A DNA stretch of 64,000 nt from Acidimicrobiia bacterium (GTDB lineage Bacteria > Actinomycetota > Acidimicrobiia > Spongiisociales > ZC4RG35), in NCBI GenBank assembly GCA_026002975.1, contig BPGJ01000005.1:74693-138692 (forward strand), read 5' to 3'. The notes under the pieces are model-generated. The model saw only the letters and a list, made by a program, of their open reading frames with translations, was not told the origin of the DNA and did not search any database. The translations under genes and the position numbers were made by a program. Of this stretch, positions 58,731 through 64,000 are shown one piece after another (within the stretch, counting starts at the first letter, position 1; each line of letters opens with the position of its first letter).

Positions 58731-59513
58731 ATGGAGTGGCTGACCGACCCCGACATCTGGCTGGCCCTGGTCACCCTCACCACCCTGGAGGTGGTGTTGG
58801 GCATCGACAACATCGTCTTCATCTCGATCCTTGCGGGAAAGCTGCCGGCGGGAAGCCAGGCTCGGGCCAGGAACATCGGGCTGGGTCTGGCGATGGTCAG
58901 CCGCATCCTCCTCCTCCTCGGGATCTCCTGGGTCATCGGGCTCACCGCTCCCCTGTTCGACCTGTTCGGTCAGGAGATCTCGGGGCGCGACCTGATCTTG
59001 ATCGGCGGTGGCCTGTTCCTCCTCGCCAAAGCCACCTTCGAGATCCACGAGAAGTTGGAGGGCGTTCCCGGACAGGGAGAGGCGACACCAGCCGTCGCCT
59101 CGTTCCGGTCGGTCATCACCCAGATCGTCCTCCTCGACCTGGTGTTCAGCCTCGACTCGGTGATAACCGCGGTGGGCATGGCCGACGAGATCGGGGTGAT
59201 GGTGGCCGCGGTGGTGATCGCGGTCGGGGTGATGCTGGTGGCGGCCAAGGCCATATCCGAGTTCGTCAACCGCCACCCCACGGTCAAGATGCTCGCCCTG
59301 AGTTTCCTCCTCCTGATCGGCATGTCCCTGGTGGCAGAGGGATGGGATCTGCACATCCCGAAGGGATACATCTACTTCGCGATGGGTTTCGCGGTCTTCG
59401 TCGAGATGCTCAACCTCCGGGTCCGTCGTGTCTCCAAGCCGGTGGAGCTGAGACCCACCTACCTGAAGGATCCTCGGGCCGCGGGGGCGGTGGGCCGGGT
59501 CGCCGAACCCTGA
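58731..59513 (+). CDS. TerC-family integral membrane protein
   Basis: 260 aa; 'LEVVLGIDNIVFISI', 'DLVFSLDSVITAVG'. Confidence 0.85.
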   Translation: MEWLTDPDIWLALVTLTTLEVVLGIDNIVFISILAGKLPAGSQARARNIGLGLAMVSRILLLLGISWVIGLTAPLFDLFGQEISGRDLILIGGGLFLLAKATFEIHEKLEGVPGQGEATPAVASFRSVITQIVLLDLVFSLDSVITAVGMADEIGVMVAAVVIAVGVMLVAAKAISEFVNRHPTVKMLALSFLLLIGMSLVAEGWDLHIPKGYIYFAMGFAVFVEMLNLRVRRVSKPVELRPTYLKDPRAAGAVGRVAEP

Positions 59514-59592
59514 CCCGGCCACCAACCCCCTTCTCGGCCGTCTCCGTCTGATGTAGATAGTCCGTCGGAGGTGCGGCGAGGGGGAGGTCCGA

Positions 59593-60156
59593 ATGGTCGA
59601 TCCGGTGTCCGGACCGGCCCGCGTAGCACTGACGCTCCTGGTCCTGCTGATCTCGGTGGCGGTGGGGGGATGGATGGGGTTGGCGGCCCGTCGGCCTCCC
59701 ACCGTGACCCTGCCCGTCGGGGTGGGGTCCGAGAACCGAACGCCTCTGGTCGTCCACGTGGCCGGGTGGGTGGCCAATCCCGGAGTGGTGACACTCGAGC
59801 CGGGCTCGCGTGTGGCCGAAGCAGTCGCCGCAGCAGGTGGGGCGTTGCCGGGGGCTCGCCTCGACGACCTGAACCTGGCGGAACCGGTGGTGGACGGCGT
59901 CCGGGTGTACGTACCCGGACCCGACGACGAGGGGGCTGGGGGCGGGGGTGAGACATCCGACGGGCGGATCGCGGTCAACCGGGCCACCGCCGAGGAGCTG
60001 GAACGGCTGCCCGGGGTAGGGCCGGTCTTGGCGAGCCGGATCGTGTCCCACCGGGAAGAGAACGGACCGTTCCGCACCCCCGAGGATCTGCTCGCCGTGC
60101 CGGGCATCGGAGAACGCACCCTGGAGAACCTCCGGTCCCACATCGTGGTGCCGTGA
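59593..60156 (+). CDS. comEA: competence protein ComEA (DNA receptor)
   Basis: 187 aa; N-terminal TM, SLBB-like 'VHVAGWVANPGVVTLEPGSRVAEAV', HhH 'VNRATAEELERLPGVGPVLASRIV'. Confidence 0.88.
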   Translation: MVDPVSGPARVALTLLVLLISVAVGGWMGLAARRPPTVTLPVGVGSENRTPLVVHVAGWVANPGVVTLEPGSRVAEAVAAAGGALPGARLDDLNLAEPVVDGVRVYVPGPDDEGAGGGGETSDGRIAVNRATAEELERLPGVGPVLASRIVSHREENGPFRTPEDLLAVPGIGERTLENLRSHIVVP

Positions 60157-62165
60157 CCCCGGCCGGATGGTCGATGCTGGCCGCGGCGTCCGCCTGGACG
60201 GCCACACAGCTCGGCAGGCTCGGATGGTGGCTTCCCGGCTGCCTCGTCGCCGGCGGTCTGCTGCTGGTGGGACGCAGATCCCTGGCCGTGGTGGCGGCGG
60301 TCGGTCTGCTGAGCGGCCTGGGCGCCCAGCGTCCACCTCCCCCCGCTGCCGGACCGGTCACCGGCTGGGCGGCGGTGACGTCGGACCCGACCTCGTCGGG
60401 AATCCCGGTCCGGATGGGAAGCCACCGGCTCCTGCTGGTAGGGGTCGGTGACCTGTTCGAACCCGGAGACAGGATCTACGTCGCCGGGAGGGTGGAACCG
60501 GCCCCGATACGTTCGGGGCGCCTCGAGATGGACGGTCGTCTCCACGGAGAGGTGATCCGCCATCTGCCCCCGGCCAACCCGCTGGTCGGCGTGGCCAACG
60601 CGCTCCGGCGGATCGCCCTGAACCGGGTGGCGCCCGACCGGGGCCCGGGCCGCGCGCTCCTGGCGGGGTTCCTGGTGGGAGAGACCCGGGACCTGGGCCC
60701 GGATCGTCTCTCCGACATGCGGAGAGCCGGGCTGAGTCACTTCGTGGCGGTGTCCGGCAGCAACGTCGCCACCTTCCTGGGAATGTGGTGGCTGCTGCTC
60801 GGATGGTTCAAGAGCGCCCGCCTCCGCTGGGCCTCCGGTTTGGTGTTGTTGGTCGTCTTCGCATCGATCACCCGTTGGGAACCGTCGGTGGTGAGGGCTT
60901 CGGCCATGGCCGGTCTGGTGCTGTTGGGACGGCTGGGCGGAGTGGTGGTCGACGGATGGTCGGCCCTGGGTCTCGGAGTGGCGGGGAGCCTCCTCCTGGC
61001 GCCGGAGTTGGGGAACGACGTCGGGTTCGTCCTGTCGGTGACCGCGACCATCGGCGTCATGGCGGGCGACCGCTGGGGCTGGGGTCCCAGGGCTCTGCGG
61101 GTCGGGCTCGGCGCGCAGATCGGCGTCGCTCCCGCGCTCCTGGCCGTGTTCGGGTCGATCCCGCTGCTCTCCCCGATCGCCAACCTGGTGGCCGCCCCCC
61201 TGGTGGGGGTGGCCACCTGGCTGGGGCTGGCCGGGGTCGTGACCGGGATCGACCCGGTGGTCGGCGCGGCAGCGGCCATGGCGCACACCGTCCTGCTGGT
61301 GGCTCGGGTCTCCGCGCCCTGGCCGCAGGTCGGGTGGGAGATCTACCTGCTCCTGCTGGCAGTGCTGGTATGGACCCGGATCAACGGTCGGGTGGCGACG
61401 CCGGCGGTGCTGGGAGGGGCGGCGCTGGTGGTGATCGCCATCTGGCCCCGGGCTGGGGTACCGCCTCGCCCGGCGGTCGTTTTCCTCGACGTCGGACAAG
61501 GAGACTCGGCTCTCGTCCTCGACCACGGCCTGACCATGCTGATCGACGGCGGTCCCGACCCGGCGACCATCCGGGCCAAGCTCGCGGCCTACGGGATCAC
61601 CACCATCGACATCGCGGTCGCCAGCCACGTCCATGCAGATCATCTGACCGGGTTGACGTCGCTCCTGGGTGAGATCCCGGTCGGTTCGATCTGGCAGGCG
61701 TTCGCCCCTCACGAGACCGACGCGTCCCGGGCCCTACTCGCCGCGGCCCGGGAGACCGGCGTCGTCGTGGCCACGCCGCCGGTCGGGACCCGCATCACCG
61801 GCGCTTCCGTGGTGGTCGAGGTGTTGGGGCCGGTCCGACGTTACGCCCATCCCAACGACCAGTCGCTGGTTCTCGTGGTTCAGGTCGGCGACATCCGGGT
61901 CCTCTTCCCCGGCGACGTCGAAACCTTCGCCCAGGCCGACCTCGGTCGTTTGGACGTCGACGTCCTGAAGGTCCCCCACCAGGGAGCCGCTACCTCGGAC
62001 GAGTCATGGCTGGCGGCCAACGCCGGGCGCCTGGCGGTGGTGAGCGTCGGTCCGAACAGCTACGGTCACCCGTCGCCCCGGGTGTTGGAGGTGCTGGCCG
62101 AGGCTGGGGCAGCCCTGTGGAGGACCGACCTGGACGGCGACCTGGTTCTGCATCTAACCGGTTGA
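60153..62165 (+). CDS. comEC: DNA internalization competence protein ComEC/Rec2
   Basis: 670 aa; polytopic competence domain 'GLSHFVAVSGSNV'; C-terminal MBL 'FLDVGQGDS...VASHVHADHLTG'. GTGA overlap with comEA. Confidence 0.9.
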   Translation: MTPAGWSMLAAASAWTATQLGRLGWWLPGCLVAGGLLLVGRRSLAVVAAVGLLSGLGAQRPPPPAAGPVTGWAAVTSDPTSSGIPVRMGSHRLLLVGVGDLFEPGDRIYVAGRVEPAPIRSGRLEMDGRLHGEVIRHLPPANPLVGVANALRRIALNRVAPDRGPGRALLAGFLVGETRDLGPDRLSDMRRAGLSHFVAVSGSNVATFLGMWWLLLGWFKSARLRWASGLVLLVVFASITRWEPSVVRASAMAGLVLLGRLGGVVVDGWSALGLGVAGSLLLAPELGNDVGFVLSVTATIGVMAGDRWGWGPRALRVGLGAQIGVAPALLAVFGSIPLLSPIANLVAAPLVGVATWLGLAGVVTGIDPVVGAAAAMAHTVLLVARVSAPWPQVGWEIYLLLLAVLVWTRINGRVATPAVLGGAALVVIAIWPRAGVPPRPAVVFLDVGQGDSALVLDHGLTMLIDGGPDPATIRAKLAAYGITTIDIAVASHVHADHLTGLTSLLGEIPVGSIWQAFAPHETDASRALLAAARETGVVVATPPVGTRITGASVVVEVLGPVRRYAHPNDQSLVLVVQVGDIRVLFPGDVETFAQADLGRLDVDVLKVPHQGAATSDESWLAANAGRLAVVSVGPNSYGHPSPRVLEVLAEAGAALWRTDLDGDLVLHLTG

Positions 62166-62915
62166 GTCGGCTCCCAGCAGCTCGGAGAGCCGATCCAGCT
62201 CCTCCCTATCGTCGGGGAAGGTGAAACGGGATTCCGAGACCTCGACCCGCCATCGGCTCGAGATGGGCTCGGTCAAGTCTGCGGTCAGGCGGGCGGCTCC
62301 CTCCGAAGCGGTCTCGGGCATCACCACCACCAGCAGCTGGTCCCCGTCGATCTCGAAGCGTCCCGCCGTGTCGGATGCTCGCACCCGGCGGGCCACGAGT
62401 TCCCCCAGCTCGGCGGGAGGCACCTGGGAGTCGGGCATCCGCAGGGCGATCACCGAGAACACCGACCCGTAGCGTTCGGCTCTCACCCGTTCCGCTTCCA
62501 ATGCATGCAGCAAGGCCCGCCGGTTCACCAGCCCGCTCCTCGGGTCGACGGGGTCATGAGCCTCCAGACGGGTCATCGTCTCCGCCAGGGACCGTGACGC
62601 CCATCCCGTGACCCCTCCGAACAGGAGGTAGCCGGCGGCACGGAAGGCCAACAGGCCGCCCAGCTCGGACAACCCGACGAGCCGGATCGCCGGAAGGCGC
62701 AACGCCACATACCCGCCGACGGCGGCCAAACCGAGCAGGAGGCCGGCCAGCGGACCGAAGTAGAGCGCTCCGACGAAGACGGGCGCGAAAAACAAGGTGG
62801 CCGCGATCTCCACCGGGTCGACCCCCCTCATCGACATGACCAGGACGATCACCGCGACGACGATGAGACCTCCCAGCAACACCAGGCCTCGAGCCCGGTT
62901 CCAGGTCAGCTGCAT
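62154..62915 (-). CDS. membrane protein with a degenerate GGDEF-like domain
   Basis: About 4 TM helices, then 'DPRSGLVNRRALLHALEAERVRAERYG...IALRM', with 'FEIDGDQLLVV' where RxGGDEF is expected. ATG 62915 is preferred over GTG 62972, which would overlap the divergent gene. Confidence 0.6.
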   Translation of the reverse strand: MQLTWNRARGLVLLGGLIVVAVIVLVMSMRGVDPVEIAATLFFAPVFVGALYFGPLAGLLLGLAAVGGYVALRLPAIRLVGLSELGGLLAFRAAGYLLFGGVTGWASRSLAETMTRLEAHDPVDPRSGLVNRRALLHALEAERVRAERYGSVFSVIALRMPDSQVPPAELGELVARRVRASDTAGRFEIDGDQLLVVVMPETASEGAARLTADLTEPISSRWRVEVSESRFTFPDDREELDRLSELLGADSTG

Positions 62916-62980
62916 GGCGGCGCAGTCTACGAAGATCGACGTCTTTGACTTGACCTCACGGGTAGGTGACACTGTCGACG

Positions 62981-63421
62981 ATGACCAGTTCTCGTCTCGC
63001 GGTGGCCGCCCTGGCCGCAGTGTTCCTCATCCCGATACTCCAATCGAACCTGGACGGCCTCTCCCATCTCGACACCTGCCGCCAAGGGGTGAGAGCCCCG
63101 TTCGAGGTGGTGATCGTCGGGGACCAGCCGGTGATGACGGGTTCGACCAGCCTGGGAGCAGGAGAACCAACCGAACTGTGTCGAGGACTCCAGGTCGAGA
63201 TGTCCCTGGGCTCGTCGGGCGGCCAGGTCGGGCTGGGCGTGACCGTGGTGAACAGATCGGCCGCCGACTGGCGGGTCACGGTCGAGATCGACGCCGAGGG
63301 CGTCCGTTTCCCGATCCAGGTGGGCCGGGTGGCCTCCGGGTCGTCCGTCTCCAGGGACGTGTCCCTCCGACTTCCCGACGGTACCTCCCGCTTCGACGGA
63401 GCCATCGTCGTCGGACCATGA
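62981..63421 (+). CDS. hypothetical secreted protein
   Basis: 'MTSSRLAVAALAAVFLIPIL' signal-like N-terminus, two Cys, beta-rich. ATGA overlap with the next gene. The track ORF starts at GTG 62966. Confidence 0.5.
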   Translation: MTSSRLAVAALAAVFLIPILQSNLDGLSHLDTCRQGVRAPFEVVIVGDQPVMTGSTSLGAGEPTELCRGLQVEMSLGSSGGQVGLGVTVVNRSAADWRVTVEIDAEGVRFPIQVGRVASGSSVSRDVSLRLPDGTSRFDGAIVVGP

Positions 63422-64000
63422 GACCGGTCGTCGTCGGGGTGATCAACCTCTCGCCGGAGTCCCGCAACACCCACACGGTGGTGACGGGACCGGACGAGGC
63501 GTTGGCCTTGGCCCGCCGGTACCGGCAGGTGGGGGTGGAGGTGGTCGATGTAGGCGCGCAATCCAGCCGATACGACGTACCGACTTTGTCTGCTTCCGAG
63601 GAGATCGATCGGCTGGTTCCTTCGGTGGAGCGGCTGTCCTCCGACGGATTCGTCGTATCGGTCGACACGTGGAAACCCGAGGTGGCGGAGGCCGCAGTCC
63701 ACGCCGGAGCCCGCCTGGTCAACGATGCGGGCGGCCTCACCGACCCGCGGATGAGGAAGCTGGTCGCCGACTCGGGCGCGGTCGGGATCCTCGTGTATCT
63801 GGAGGCCGCCGATCCCCATCGGGTGGGTGAGTTCCGATGGAGTCCACACAAGGCCGAGGACGTGGCGGCCGAACTGGGTCGGCGGCTCGAGGAGCTCAGA
63901 GCCGAGGGCATCGATCGGCTGGTGGTGGACCCGGGCATCGCGTTCAACTACCGGGGCGACTACCGGACCTATACCTCCCTGCAGGTGGCGGTCATCCGGG
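63418..64000 (+). CDS. dihydropteroate synthase-family (pterin-binding) protein, C-terminus off the window edge
   Basis: Frame 1 is open from ATG 63418 to the window end. 'VVGVINLSPES', 'VDVGAQSSR', 'VSVDTWKPEVAEAAVHAGARLVNDAGG', 'VVDPGIAFN' parallel the DHPS motifs but are divergent. Confidence 0.6.
   Translation, partial: MRPVVVGVINLSPESRNTHTVVTGPDEALALARRYRQVGVEVVDVGAQSSRYDVPTLSASEEIDRLVPSVERLSSDGFVVSVDTWKPEVAEAAVHAGARLVNDAGGLTDPRMRKLVADSGAVGILVYLEAADPHRVGEFRWSPHKAEDVAAELGRRLEELRAEGIDRLVVDPGIAFNYRGDYRTYTSLQVAVIR

Noticed and set aside
55813-61712. Very long minus-strand ORFs (925 aa at 55813-58590; 1002 aa at 58704-61712); similar ones at 14323-16548, 8655-10331, 5332-6438 and 2965-4044
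   Set aside because: They lie antisense to leuS, terC/comEA/comEC, mrdA, valS, clpX and tig, all of which have clear family motifs. Their translations are low-complexity and Arg/Gly/Pro-rich, as expected for off-frame high-GC DNA.
62916-62980. Promoter motifs (TTGACTTGACC direct repeat) in the divergent region between the GGDEF-like gene and the secreted-protein gene
   Set aside because: No acceptable -10 hexamer lies at a 16-18-nt spacing from either TTGAC, and both gene starts are themselves uncertain.

Overview
High-GC (by eye about two-thirds G+C or more; not computed), densely coding chromosomal segment. It follows the conserved actinobacterial backbone: rph-rdgB / tRNA island / tig-clpP-clpX / valS-folC-ndk / mreBCD-mrdA-rodA / tdk / rne-rplU-rpmA-obg-proB ... 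nadD-rsfS ... leuS-comEA-comEC. This points to Actinomycetota; an Acidimicrobiia-like lineage is only a guess. I support about 70 protein genes, 7 tRNAs, a few stem-loops and one promoter/operator. I saw no rRNA, CRISPR array, transposase, integrase or recognisable defence system. Blocks that interrupt the backbone: a Thr-rich LPXTG surface protein (6.6-7.7 kb); two co-directional Trk K+ uptake loci (23-29.5 kb); MoxR-VWA-CheY (29.5-32.3 kb); a gap / Cys-less gap-like pair (32.3-34.3 kb); and a 36-56 kb block with MFS, TlpA/Lgt-like, hbd, a peptide ABC transporter, RRM/IF-1-like/SDR, PAC2, paaABCDE-TetR-thioesterase-FAD oxidoreductase, malQ and a hydrolase. Observations most worth follow-up: (1) a GAPDH paralogue without the catalytic Cys, translationally coupled to a canonical gap; (2) a 39-codon hydrophobic micro-ORF filling the trkA-trkH gap, plus an anchored extracytoplasmic protein coupled to trkH; (3) a near-consensus promoter with an 18-bp perfect palindrome in its spacer, lying inside the 3' end of malQ just upstream of paaA; (4) an RRM protein / IF-1 paralogue / SDR operon whose SDR seems to need a CTG start in a CTGA overlap. 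Four genes (valS, folC, VWA, MFS) carry single-base frame disruptions. Most are compatible with short homopolymer length errors, so sequence quality should be checked before calling them pseudogenes. The 1304-aa ORF in the track is an artefact of two of these shifts. Many long ORFs in the track are antisense high-GC artefacts. All calls come from reading motifs in the translations and sequence by eye; no database search was run.
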